A stretch of 64,000 nucleotides of DNA from Alphaproteobacteria bacterium (GCA_964291395.2 OZ219856.1:320001-384000); one strand, 5' to 3'. Shown: positions 53,259-62,416, counted from the first letter of the stretch. Numbers and translations: made by a program. The notes: generated by a model not told the origin, from the letters alone.

Positions 53259-53321
53259 TTATTATCGTTAGAACAGTCGTTATTATCGTTAGGACAGTCG
53301 TTATTATCGTTAGGACGGTCG
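53259..53321. repeat. 3 x 21-bp tandem repeat
   Basis: TTATTATCGTTAGAACAGTCG / TTATTATCGTTAGGACAGTCG / TTATTATCGTTAGGACGGTCG. Confidence 0.9.
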
Positions 53322-53383
53322 CCACGGACACGGAGCTTCCAATGTCGTCCGGCCAGCGAGCGAGCCCAGAAGCGAGTTGCTGA

Positions 53384-54487
53384 ATGGCTGAGACAAGCCA
53401 AGGCGTCGTCAGGTTCGACCGTGTTCAGAAGAGTTACGACGGCGTCACGCTGGTCGTGAAGAATCTCAACCTTTCCATAGCCAACGGCGAGTTCCTGACC
53501 ATGTTGGGGCCGTCGGGCTCAGGCAAGACGACCTGCCTGTTGATGCTTGCCGGGTTCGAGACAGCGACGCACGGCCAGATCTATCTGGATGAACAACCAA
53601 TCAACAACGTTCCGCCGCACAAGCGCGGCATCGGCATGGTGTTCCAGAACTACGCACTGTTCCCTCACATGACCGTTGCGGAGAACCTCGCATTTCCGCT
53701 CAAGGTTCGCAGAATAGGTGCCGCGGAGGTACAGGAGCGTGTGCAGCGCGCGCTCGACATGGTGCAGCTTTCCGACTTCGGCGGGCGCCGCCCGGCGCAG
53801 CTTTCGGGGGGGCAGCAGCAACGGGTCGCGGTTGCCCGCGCGCTGGTGTTCGGCCCCAAGCTCGTCCTGATGGACGAGCCTCTGGGCGCGCTCGACAAGC
53901 AACTACGCGAAGAAATGCAGTACGAGATCAAGCATATTCACGAGAATCTCGGCATCACGGTCGTCTATGTGACGCACGACCAGTCCGAAGCGTTGACCAT
54001 GTCCAACCGCATCGCGGTCTTCAACGACGGGATCATTCAGCAGCTTGCATCGCCGTCGGACCTCTACGAGCGTCCGGAGAATTCCTTCGTCGCGCAATTC
54101 ATCGGCGAGAACAACAAGCTGACCGGCATGGTCGTCGAGGCCACCGACGGCTCGTGCACGGTCGCGCTAGATTCCGGCGAGCGAGTCAAGGCGTTGCCGG
54201 TCAATATCGACGGCTCCAACATCCCGACCATGTTGTCGCTGCGGCCGGAGAGGGTGGTGCTCAACCCGGGCGACGGCGAATGCGACACTACGGTGTCGGG
54301 CCGGATCGAGGAACTCATATACCTGGGCGACCACATCCGCACGCGCATGTCGGTCTGCGGTCGAGACGATTTCATCGTCAAGGTACCCAACGCGGCGCGG
54401 CGATGGGAGTTGCGGCCCGGCGTTTCGGTCTCGCTGGGATGGAAGAAGGAGGATTGCCGTGCCCTGGACCTGCCGGAAGCGGCCTAG
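53384..54487 (+). CDS. ABC transporter ATP-binding protein, PotA-like
   Basis: GPSGSGKT, VFQNYALFPH, LSGGQQQR, LMDEP, TOBE domain. Confidence 0.93.
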   Translation: MAETSQGVVRFDRVQKSYDGVTLVVKNLNLSIANGEFLTMLGPSGSGKTTCLLMLAGFETATHGQIYLDEQPINNVPPHKRGIGMVFQNYALFPHMTVAENLAFPLKVRRIGAAEVQERVQRALDMVQLSDFGGRRPAQLSGGQQQRVAVARALVFGPKLVLMDEPLGALDKQLREEMQYEIKHIHENLGITVVYVTHDQSEALTMSNRIAVFNDGIIQQLASPSDLYERPENSFVAQFIGENNKLTGMVVEATDGSCTVALDSGERVKALPVNIDGSNIPTMLSLRPERVVLNPGDGECDTTVSGRIEELIYLGDHIRTRMSVCGRDDFIVKVPNAARRWELRPGVSVSLGWKKEDCRALDLPEAA

Positions 54488-54535
54488 GCGTGGTGCCGTA
54501 GTCGTGTGTGGAATTCAATCAAGAGGGAGGACGTC

Positions 54536-55732
54536 ATGAGATTGACTAGCAGTTTGGCCGTCGCCGTGATCGGCGCGGCCTCCTTCGCCGCCGCGGGATC
54601 GGCGGCGGCGGAGACGGAACTGGTGGTGGTGTCCTGGGGCGGCGCCTATTCCGCCAGTCAGCAGAACGCCTATCACGAGCCCTATATGGAAGCGAACCCG
54701 GACATCAAGATCATCAACGACGACTCGGCGCCGGAAGCCGTCGCCAAGCTGCGAGCGATGAACGAGGTCGGCAAGGTGACCTGGGATCTGGTGGACGCGG
54801 TCGCCTCGGACGCGATGCGGCTTTGCGACGAAGGTCTGGCAATTCCGATCGACGCGGACAAGGATCTGGCGCCGGCACCGGACGGCATGTCGGCCTCAGA
54901 GGATTTCGGTGACCTGCTTGTCTCCGAGTGTTTCATCCCGCAGATTGTCTATTCGACCACCTTCGGCTATCGCACTGACAAGGTGAAGACCGCGCCGACC
55001 AGCGTCTGCGACGTCTTCGACCTGGAGAAGTTCCCGGGCAAGCGCTCGCTCGAGAAGAAGCCGATCAACAACTTCGAATGGGCGCTGCTCTGCGATGGTG
55101 TGGCGCCGGACGAGATTTACGAAGTGATGGGCGCTCCGGGCGGTGTCGAGCGGGCCTTGAAGAAGCTCGACTCCATCAAGGATCAGGTTATCTGGTGGAC
55201 CAAGGGGGCTCAGACGCCGCAGCTTCTGGCCGACGGCGAGGTCGTGATGGGCTCGACCTACAACGGCCGCCTGTTCTCGCTGATCGAGGAGGAGAAGCAG
55301 CCCGTCGCCATGCTGTGGGACTGGCAGGTCTTCGACTTGGACGGCTGGATCATCCCGAAGGGCACGCAGAACCTGGAGGCGGTGAAGAAGTTCGTGCGCT
55401 TCGCGACCGACACGCAGCGTCTTGCCGACCAGGCCAAGTTCATCTCCTACGGTCCTGCGCGGAAATCGTCGGCGCCGCTGGTGAGCATGCATGCCACACT
55501 CGGAATCGACATGAAGCCGCACATGCCGACCGACCCGAACAACTCCAAGACCACGCTGCTCTTCAACTACGAATTCTGGGCTGACAACCAGGACGACTTC
55601 ACGGAGCGGTTCGAGGCGTGGCTGCCGACCGACCCGAACAACTCCAAGACCACGCTGCTCTTCAACTACGAATTCTGGGCTGACAACCAGGACGACTTCA
55701 CGGAGCGGTTCGAGGCGTGGCTCGTCAATTAG
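54536..55732 (+). CDS. ABC transporter solute-binding protein, PotD/PotF-like
   Basis: Signal peptide, VSWGGAY, KFPGKRSL, LLADGEV; GGGAGG RBS; 33-aa C-terminal duplication. Confidence 0.9.
   Translation: MRLTSSLAVAVIGAASFAAAGSAAAETELVVVSWGGAYSASQQNAYHEPYMEANPDIKIINDDSAPEAVAKLRAMNEVGKVTWDLVDAVASDAMRLCDEGLAIPIDADKDLAPAPDGMSASEDFGDLLVSECFIPQIVYSTTFGYRTDKVKTAPTSVCDVFDLEKFPGKRSLEKKPINNFEWALLCDGVAPDEIYEVMGAPGGVERALKKLDSIKDQVIWWTKGAQTPQLLADGEVVMGSTYNGRLFSLIEEEKQPVAMLWDWQVFDLDGWIIPKGTQNLEAVKKFVRFATDTQRLADQAKFISYGPARKSSAPLVSMHATLGIDMKPHMPTDPNNSKTTLLFNYEFWADNQDDFTERFEAWLPTDPNNSKTTLLFNYEFWADNQDDFTERFEAWLVN
55524..55721 (+). repeat. Exact 99-bp tandem duplication inside the binding-protein gene
   Basis: 55524-55622 equals 55623-55721; encodes PTDPNNSKTTLLFNYEFWADNQDDFTERFEAWL twice. 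Confidence 0.92.
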
Positions 55733-55741
55733 TGGCGGTCT

Positions 55742-55781
55742 AGCCGGTCCGGGGCGGCCCTTGTGCCGCCCCGGACCGGCT
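55742..55781 (+). promoter_or_regulatory. Intercistronic stem-loop after the binding-protein gene
   Basis: Perfect 17-bp stem AGCCGGTCCGGGGCGGC-CCTTGT-GCCGCCCCGGACCGGCT. Confidence 0.7.
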
Positions 55782-55806
55782 GGGACACTTATTTCTGGGC
55801 GGGCCC

Positions 55807-57069
55807 ATGGCGGATGCGCACGCACAAGAGATCTTTACCGCAGACGGGACACCGCTCCGGGTAAGCCTGGCGCGCGCGCTGCGGCGGCAGAAGCTGCGGG
55901 CGATGATGCTCGTGGGCCCACTCTTTCTGTTCATCCTTGTCACGTTCTTCATCCCGATCGGCGACATGCTGTTCCGGTCCGTGGAGAATTCCATCGTCGT
56001 TGACATTCTGCCGCGCAGCACGCAGCTGCTGGCTGGCTGGGACGAGTCGAAGGACGAACTGCCCTCCGAAGAGATCTATGCCGCCATGGTCGAGGACATC
56101 CGGGAGGGCCGCGCGAACCGCACGATCACGCGGGTCGGGCAGCGCCTGAACTACGAGGCGCCCGGCATGTCGAGCCTGTTCCGCTCGTCCGCGCGCAAGG
56201 TCAAACGCATCGAGGAAGGACCGTACAAGCCGGCCCTCATCAAGGCGCACCGGAAATGGGGTGAGGTCGACACCTGGAAGCTGATCAAGCAATTCGCGCC
56301 GACATATACCGTCGGCTACTTCCTCGCCGCGGTCGATGCGAAGCAGCAACCCGGCGGCGGCATCGTACGGGTCGGCGAGGAAAAGCGGATCTATGTCGAC
56401 CTGTTTTGGCGCACCCTGAGACTGAGCCTCATCATCACGGTGATGACGCTCCTGCTCGGCTTCCCGATCGCCTACCTGATGGCGATATTACCGACGCGCA
56501 CCTCGAACCTGTTGCTGATTTTCGTGCTGTTGCCCTTCTGGACCTCACTGCTGGTGCGCACCACAGCCTGGATTGCGCTCCTGCAGCAGCAGGGAGTGAT
56601 CAACGAGTTCCTGGTCCTGGTCGGGCTGGTCGACACGGAGAGCCGGCTGCAGATGATTCACAATGCCCTCGGCAGCATCATCGCCATGACGCATATCCTG
56701 TTGCCCTTCATGGTGCTGCCGCTGTTCAGCGTGATGAAGACTATACCGAAGAGCTATGTGCGGGCCGCGATATCGCTGGGCGCCCATCCTTGGCTGGCGT
56801 TCTGGAGGGTCTATTTCCCGAATACGGTGCCCGGGATCGGGGCGGGCGCGATCCTCGTCTTCATCCTGGCGATCGGATACTACATCACGCCCGAGTTGGT
56901 CGGCGGCACGGAGGGGACTTTCATCTCCAACCGCATCGCCCACCACATCTCCTCCTCGCTGAACTGGGGGTTGGCGGCGGCGCTCGGCGTCATCCTGTTG
57001 GGCCTGGTGACCGCGCTCTACCTGCTGTACGACAAGATCGTCGGCATCGACAACATGAAGCTCGGCTAG
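55807..57069 (+). CDS. ABC transporter permease, PotB-like
   Basis: LLPFWTSLLVRT.AW, HILLPFM.LP, RAAISLGA (EAA loop). Confidence 0.92.
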   Translation: MADAHAQEIFTADGTPLRVSLARALRRQKLRAMMLVGPLFLFILVTFFIPIGDMLFRSVENSIVVDILPRSTQLLAGWDESKDELPSEEIYAAMVEDIREGRANRTITRVGQRLNYEAPGMSSLFRSSARKVKRIEEGPYKPALIKAHRKWGEVDTWKLIKQFAPTYTVGYFLAAVDAKQQPGGGIVRVGEEKRIYVDLFWRTLRLSLIITVMTLLLGFPIAYLMAILPTRTSNLLLIFVLLPFWTSLLVRTTAWIALLQQQGVINEFLVLVGLVDTESRLQMIHNALGSIIAMTHILLPFMVLPLFSVMKTIPKSYVRAAISLGAHPWLAFWRVYFPNTVPGIGAGAILVFILAIGYYITPELVGGTEGTFISNRIAHHISSSLNWGLAAALGVILLGLVTALYLLYDKIVGIDNMKLG

Positions 57070-57073
57070 GACC

Positions 57074-57928
57074 GTGGGCGGACTGCCGCCATATCTCTCG
57101 ATGCCGGAACGGCTGTGGCATTACGGCTTTCGGCTGATATGCGGGCTGATCTTCTTCTTCCTCATTTTTCCACTGGTGGTCGTCATCCCGCTTTCGTTCA
57201 ACGCGGTGCCCTTCTTCACCTTTACGAAGGAGATGCTGGCTCTCGACCCGGCGGGCTACTCGCTGAAGTGGTACGAGGATTTCTTTACTAACCTCAATTG
57301 GCAGGGCGCGGTGCGCAACAGCGTGATCATCGCCTTCTTCGCGACGCTGCTGTCGACCACGCTGGGCACGCTCGCGGCGCTTGGCCTGTCGCGGCCGAAC
57401 ATGCCGGCCAAGACCCTGGTGATGAGCATCTTGATCTCGCCCATGATCGTCCCATTGATCATCTCGGCGGCGGGCATGTTCTTCTTCTATTCCCGCGTCG
57501 GGTTGCAGGGAACCCACATCGGCGTGATATTGGCGCATGCGGCGCTCGGCACCCCGTTCGTGGTGATCACCGTGACCGCGACCCTGGTGGGCTTCGACAA
57601 TAGCTTGATCCGTGCAGCCGCCAGCCTGGGCGCATCGCCCGCAACGACCTTCTTCAAGGTTATCGTGCCGCTGATTTTGCCTGGCGTCATCTCCGGCGCC
57701 CTTTTCGCCTTCATCACCTCGTTCGACGAGGTCGTCGTCGTGCTCTTCGTGGGGAGCTTCAAGCAGAGGACGATCCCGTGGCAGATGTTCTCCGGCATCC
57801 GCGAGCACATCAGTCCGACCATATTGGCGGTTGCGACGATCCTGGTCCTGGTCTCGATGGCCTTGCTGATCTCGGTGGAGTTGCTGCGCCGTCGCGGCGA
57901 GCGTCTGCGCGGCATACAGCAGACATAG
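57074..57928 (+). CDS. ABC transporter permease, PotC-like
   Basis: YSLKWY, PMIVP, RAAASLGA, FITSFDEVV. Confidence 0.92.
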   Translation: MGGLPPYLSMPERLWHYGFRLICGLIFFFLIFPLVVVIPLSFNAVPFFTFTKEMLALDPAGYSLKWYEDFFTNLNWQGAVRNSVIIAFFATLLSTTLGTLAALGLSRPNMPAKTLVMSILISPMIVPLIISAAGMFFFYSRVGLQGTHIGVILAHAALGTPFVVITVTATLVGFDNSLIRAAASLGASPATTFFKVIVPLILPGVISGALFAFITSFDEVVVVLFVGSFKQRTIPWQMFSGIREHISPTILAVATILVLVSMALLISVELLRRRGERLRGIQQT

Positions 57929-57974
57929 GCACTTGCCGGCAATATGGACCGACCCGTCGGTCCGGGAGCGCTAC

Positions 57975-58139
57975 ATGAGCGACATGGTTTGTTTTTTGCT
58001 GGCGTTCGGCACCGCCGCGCTCGGGGGCCTCGCTCTTTATGTCGGTGTCCGCAGCGACAGCGTGTCGGCCAAGGTCGGCGGCAGTTTCATTACCGTTGTG
58101 GGAATCCTGGGCATCGTGGCGTGTTTCGCGACCGGTTGA
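57975..58139 (+). CDS. Small hypothetical membrane protein
   Basis: 54 aa with two hydrophobic helices; GGAG RBS. Confidence 0.4.
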   Translation: MSDMVCFLLAFGTAALGGLALYVGVRSDSVSAKVGGSFITVVGILGIVACFATG

Positions 58140-58242
58140 CGACTCGAACGTGAAGGGTCACAGGCCGCCGCCATCCCATTCCTGCGCTTGGCTGATCGTG
58201 GAACGGCTCCCTTGCCCTGCGGCGGTTCGAGCAGCCGATCTA

Positions 58243-58391
58243 GCAGGCTGCTGAAAACCTGGTCGAGAGCTCAACTCGCGAAACAAAAGAATCAACGGAA
58301 GCGCTTTTGCGAAAGAAAGGAATCGGAAACAAGCCCCATACGAAACGAAATTACCAAAATGATTGATCCAAATCGTTTTTCAGCAGCCTGC
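58243..58391. mobile_element. MITE with IS5/IS1182-like ends, 149 bp
   Basis: GCAGGCTGCTGAAAA ... TTTTCAGCAGCCTGC perfect 15-bp terminal IR, flanked by TA on both sides; A-rich interior without a transposase. Confidence 0.75.
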
Positions 58392-58428
58392 TAAAGGGTG
58401 GGAAAAGCCGGGCACCTCATTTGCGACG

Positions 58429-59640
58429 TCATTTGCGTATGATGTTGTGCTCCGGTCCGTACGGAAAGCCGGTGATGTCCTCTGCGCCGTCCTCGGTCAC
58501 GACCAGGATGTCGTGCTCCCTGTAGCCCCCTGCGCCGGGCTCGCCTTCGGGAATCATGATCATCGGCTCCATGGACACGACCATGTTCGGCTCAAGGACG
58601 GTCGTCACGTCCTCGCGAAGCTCGAGGCCGGCCTCGCGGCCGTAGTAGTGGCTCAGGACGCCGAAGCTGTGGCCGTAGCCGAACGTGCGATTTTGGAGCA
58701 GGCCGTAGCGCTCGTAGATAGCGTTGAGTTTGGCCGCGATGTCACAGCAGCGCACCCCGGGCTTGATGAGATCGATTCCGGCTTCGTGCACCTCGATGTT
58801 GATCTTCCACAGGCGCAGGTGCTCGTCGGAGCACTCCTCGGCGAAGAGGGTGCGTTCGAGCGCCGTGTAGTAGCCCGCCGGCATCGGGAAGCAGTTGAGG
58901 CTCAGGATGTCGCCGCGCTCGATTTTCCGCGAGGTGACGGGGTTGTGAGCGCCGTCGGTGTTGATACCGGACTGGAACCAGGTCCAGGTATCCATCAGCT
59001 CCACGTGAGGGTGACTCTTGCCGATCTCGCGCACCATGGCCTGGGTTGCGTGCAGTGCCACCTCGTACTCCGGTGCTCCGATCTCGATCGCCTCCACGCC
59101 GGCCGCGCCGCCGATGTCAGCTATGCGCGCGCTCTCGCGGATCCAAGCGATTTCTTCGCCGGACTTGACCATGCGCATGCGCATGGTCGGCTTGCCCACG
59201 TCGACTAAATCTGCGGTCGGTAATGCGCCACGAACCTTGCGCAGGTTCTCGAGCGTCATGTGGTCGAACTCGATGCCGACCCGGCAGCCGTCCGGGATCA
59301 GTCTCTTCACCGCCACGAGATAGTTGTCCCGGTGCCAGTCGGTATAGACCAGGTTGTCGCCGAATGTGCGCCTCCACGGCTGGCCCGCGTCGATGTTGGC
59401 CGAGATCGTGGTCTGGCCCTCCAGCGTCACCACCAGGCCGTAGGCGCGCCCAAAGGAGCAGTAAAGGAAGTCGCTGAAGTAATGGATGTTGTGCACCGAG
59501 GTAAACAGGCACGCATCGATCCCCTTTTCGGCCATGTAGGTACGCAAGGCGCCGAGCCGCCGGTTCATCTCGGCTGGGGAGAAGGTCGACTTGACCTTCT
59601 CGCCGTTGTGGATCGTCTTGAGCTGTTCCATCGCCGTCAT
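58429..59640 (-). CDS. Creatinase (creatine amidinohydrolase, M24 family)
   Basis: HNGEKVKSTFS, HNIHYFSDFLYCSFGR, WFQSGINTDGAHN, HYYGREAGLELRED, GGYREHD resemble Pseudomonas creatinase. Confidence 0.9.
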   Translation of the reverse strand: MTAMEQLKTIHNGEKVKSTFSPAEMNRRLGALRTYMAEKGIDACLFTSVHNIHYFSDFLYCSFGRAYGLVVTLEGQTTISANIDAGQPWRRTFGDNLVYTDWHRDNYLVAVKRLIPDGCRVGIEFDHMTLENLRKVRGALPTADLVDVGKPTMRMRMVKSGEEIAWIRESARIADIGGAAGVEAIEIGAPEYEVALHATQAMVREIGKSHPHVELMDTWTWFQSGINTDGAHNPVTSRKIERGDILSLNCFPMPAGYYTALERTLFAEECSDEHLRLWKINIEVHEAGIDLIKPGVRCCDIAAKLNAIYERYGLLQNRTFGYGHSFGVLSHYYGREAGLELREDVTTVLEPNMVVSMEPMIMIPEGEPGAGGYREHDILVVTEDGAEDITGFPYGPEHNIIRK

Positions 59641-60033
59641 CCTAGTTGTCGGCGATGCCAGTGTCGACGGCAGGGTCTCGCGGGCCTTGGCTCCGACCGG
59701 CTGTCCGCCTCGTCCTGCGGGACCTCCACGATGATCTTCCAGAATTGCCGTGATCCCGCCGCTCCGCCACGCGTTCAATGTCGGGGAGGGCCTCGGCCAT
59801 GTTCTCTGATATCGCAGTCATCGGGTGTTCGCTCCCGTTCAAGAACGATGGGTGTGGATCAGGAATTCGTACACCAATTCATAGTGAGGAATTCATAAAC
59901 CACTTCAGTCCACATATGCAGTTCGTAAATTCAGGTTGTTCATGTCTTGCGGAATTGGTGAAATAGAATTCATGGGAATGCAAAATCCGCAATTTTAATC
60001 GTACGCGGTGTAGCCGAACCACGAGCCGAGCAC

Positions 60034-60576
60034 ATGCCCCGATCCAAGGCCCATGAGTTGCAGGTAGTAGCCGTTCACGGCGACGGAGAGCCCGCCGGCA
60101 GGGTCTCACCACTGTCCTCTCCCTACGACGACCTCAACCAGCAGATCATCCGTCTGCTCCAGGAGGACGGGCGGGCAGCCTATGACGTCATCGGGCAGAA
60201 GCTCGGCGTTTCGGCCGGAACGATCCGCAACCGGGTGACCAGGATGCGTGACGCGGGGATGCTCCGCATCGTGGCCGTGGTCGACCCGGTGGCCGTCGAC
60301 TACGAGTCGGACGCGATGCTCGGCATCAAGACCGCCCCGGGTACCGCCCCGGCCGTGCTGGCGCAACGCCTCGAGCCCCTCCCGGCCGTCGTCTACATCA
60401 TGTGGGTCAGCGGCCGCTTCGACCTGCTGGTCGAGGTCGTGTGCGACGAGGAGAGCGAGCTCACGAACTTCCTCGACGAACACATCTACTCACAGCCCGA
60501 CATCGCGCACGTCGAGGTCATGACTCGGCTCGGCATGTTCAAGAACCAGTTCCTGCTGAAGCACCACGTGCCCTAG
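60034..60576 (+). CDS. Lrp/AsnC family transcriptional regulator
   Basis: DDLNQQIIRLLQEDGR.AY..IG..LGVS.GTIRNRV HTH; SGRFDLLVEV effector domain. Confidence 0.92.
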   Translation: MPRSKAHELQVVAVHGDGEPAGRVSPLSSPYDDLNQQIIRLLQEDGRAAYDVIGQKLGVSAGTIRNRVTRMRDAGMLRIVAVVDPVAVDYESDAMLGIKTAPGTAPAVLAQRLEPLPAVVYIMWVSGRFDLLVEVVCDEESELTNFLDEHIYSQPDIAHVEVMTRLGMFKNQFLLKHHVP

Positions 60577-60599
60577 TTCGCCCGGAGTTCCACAGGGGG

Positions 60600-61739
60600 A
60601 TGGCCATGAGCTCATCGCTGCAGTCGATCCTGGGGGCCGAGACCCTCGCCGCGTTCGAGAATCCAGGGCCGGTGGCGCGCGGACTGCCGGGCAAGGCCTA
60701 CACGAGCGAGGCATTCTTCGCCCTCGAGAACGAGCGGCTCTTCTCCGCCTCGTGGGTGTTCGCGGGGTTTGCGCACGAGCTCGGCCGGGCCGGCGATGCG
60801 GCGCCGGTCACCGTCGCCGGTCAGCCGGTCCTGCTGCTGCGGGACGCCGAGGGGAGGATCCGGGCCTTCCACAACGTATGCCGCCACCGGTGCCTCAAGC
60901 TCGTGGATGCGCCCGGCAACGTCGGGCGGGCGGTTCGCTGCCCCTACCACTCCTGGGCGTACGGACTGGACGGCGCCCTGCTCGCAGCGCCGTATTTCGG
61001 CGGCCCCGAACCGCGTGCGGTGCCGCCCGGCTTCGACCGCGAGCAGCACGGTCTCGTGCCGGCGCGGTCGGCGGTTTGGCACGACTGGATTTTCGTCGAC
61101 CTGAACGGCGCCGCACCGCCGCTCGAGGACTTCGTCGCCCCGCTCCAGGACCGGCTCGAAGGGATTGACCTTACCCCCATGCGCCACCTCGTCACCATCG
61201 ACCTTGGCGAGGTGGCCGCGAACTGGAAGCTCTTGATGGAGAACTTCATCGAGCCCTACCACGTCCAGTTCGTGCACCCGACGACCACCGAGCAACCCCT
61301 GAAGGATCACTACACGGTGAACGACCCGGGCTGCCTGGGGGCCGCCGTCGACGTCTCCGGAGACGCGAAGCGGGAGGACACGCTGTCGGCGGACTCCCGC
61401 TACCTCACCCTGTTTCCCAACTTCGTGTTCGGTCTCTATCTCCCGGACCAGATCGGCGTGCACTTGAATGTCCCGCTGGCGCCGGACCGCACCCTCCAGC
61501 GCCGCGCGATCTACAGCCTCGATCCCGAGCACCTGCCGACTGACCGCGCCGAGCAGCTTGCAAAGCTCTGGCGCGACGTGCACCTGGAGGACCACGCGAT
61601 CTGCGAACGGCTCCAGAAGGGACGCGTCTCCGATGCGGCCGCCGCGGGCGGGGTGCTTTCCCCGGTCTGGGAGGACTCCGTGCGGAGCTTCCAGGAACTC
61701 GTCATAAGGCGCTTGCAGAAGGCGCCGCCGGCTCCCTAA
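60600..61739 (+). CDS. Rieske oxygenase alpha subunit, choline monooxygenase/CntA-like group
   Basis: GLPGKAYTSEAF, CRH-x17-CPYH, NWKLLMENFIEPYHVQFVH, EDHAICERLQ.G. Confidence 0.88.
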   Translation: MAMSSSLQSILGAETLAAFENPGPVARGLPGKAYTSEAFFALENERLFSASWVFAGFAHELGRAGDAAPVTVAGQPVLLLRDAEGRIRAFHNVCRHRCLKLVDAPGNVGRAVRCPYHSWAYGLDGALLAAPYFGGPEPRAVPPGFDREQHGLVPARSAVWHDWIFVDLNGAAPPLEDFVAPLQDRLEGIDLTPMRHLVTIDLGEVAANWKLLMENFIEPYHVQFVHPTTTEQPLKDHYTVNDPGCLGAAVDVSGDAKREDTLSADSRYLTLFPNFVFGLYLPDQIGVHLNVPLAPDRTLQRRAIYSLDPEHLPTDRAEQLAKLWRDVHLEDHAICERLQKGRVSDAAAAGGVLSPVWEDSVRSFQELVIRRLQKAPPAP

Positions 61740-62062
61740 ACCCGACAAGTGTCCCGGAGGCCGGGTTTTGTTGGCGACGGTTCCGGCGGCATCGGAACGA
61801 CCAGTGCAACGTTTCTTGTGCGTGTTCGATCGGCTTGTGTCGCCAAATGCAGGCCGGGTCTCCCGTGACGACTCCTTACGCTACGAATTCGTGGTCGATG
61901 GAACGGGTCATGCGTTCGCTGACGGGGGTAACGTGTATCCCGTGCAAGTAATCACAGGAGACCAGGGCATCACCTTGCTGGAAGTACTGAAAACAGGTGC
62001 GGTGCAGACCATCACCATTCACATGACTGGCGGCGCGGGAAACGATAGGCACCAATCCGGCT

Positions 62063-62416
62063 CTATTCCCCATCCCGGCGCCGGTACCGTCCCAACCGGT
62101 TCACGCAATTCAGAACTCGCGCCGCCGTGACGGGAAAGACCGCCACTGACGCGATGCGCGTTACGATCAAGGCATGGCGCGAGCTATTCGGCCAGACGAT
62201 GATCTCCCGAATCTCATCAAGCGGCACAGCGTGCTTCACCAGACGGTCATCCGCGCCCCGGAAGCCCATGAACCATACGGTGTCCTCCGTGCACTCAAAC
62301 GGCCGAATGTGCTTGCTCCGGTCCTCGGATGCGGAAGCGAGCGCCGCCACAAGACAGGCGAACGCAACTCCGAATATCGCTGTCTCGAAGGTGTGCCGCT
62401 TAATCCAGGTCCGCAT
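62063..62416 (-). CDS. Hypothetical exported/membrane-anchored protein
   Basis: 117 aa, N-terminal hydrophobic segment, GAGGGAAG upstream; no recognised domain. Confidence 0.35.
   Translation of the reverse strand: MRTWIKRHTFETAIFGVAFACLVAALASASEDRSKHIRPFECTEDTVWFMGFRGADDRLVKHAVPLDEIREIIVWPNSSRHALIVTRIASVAVFPVTAARVLNCVNRLGRYRRRDGE

Noticed and set aside
53259-53321. Possible CRISPR array
   Set aside because: Repeats are contiguous with no spacers and there are no cas genes
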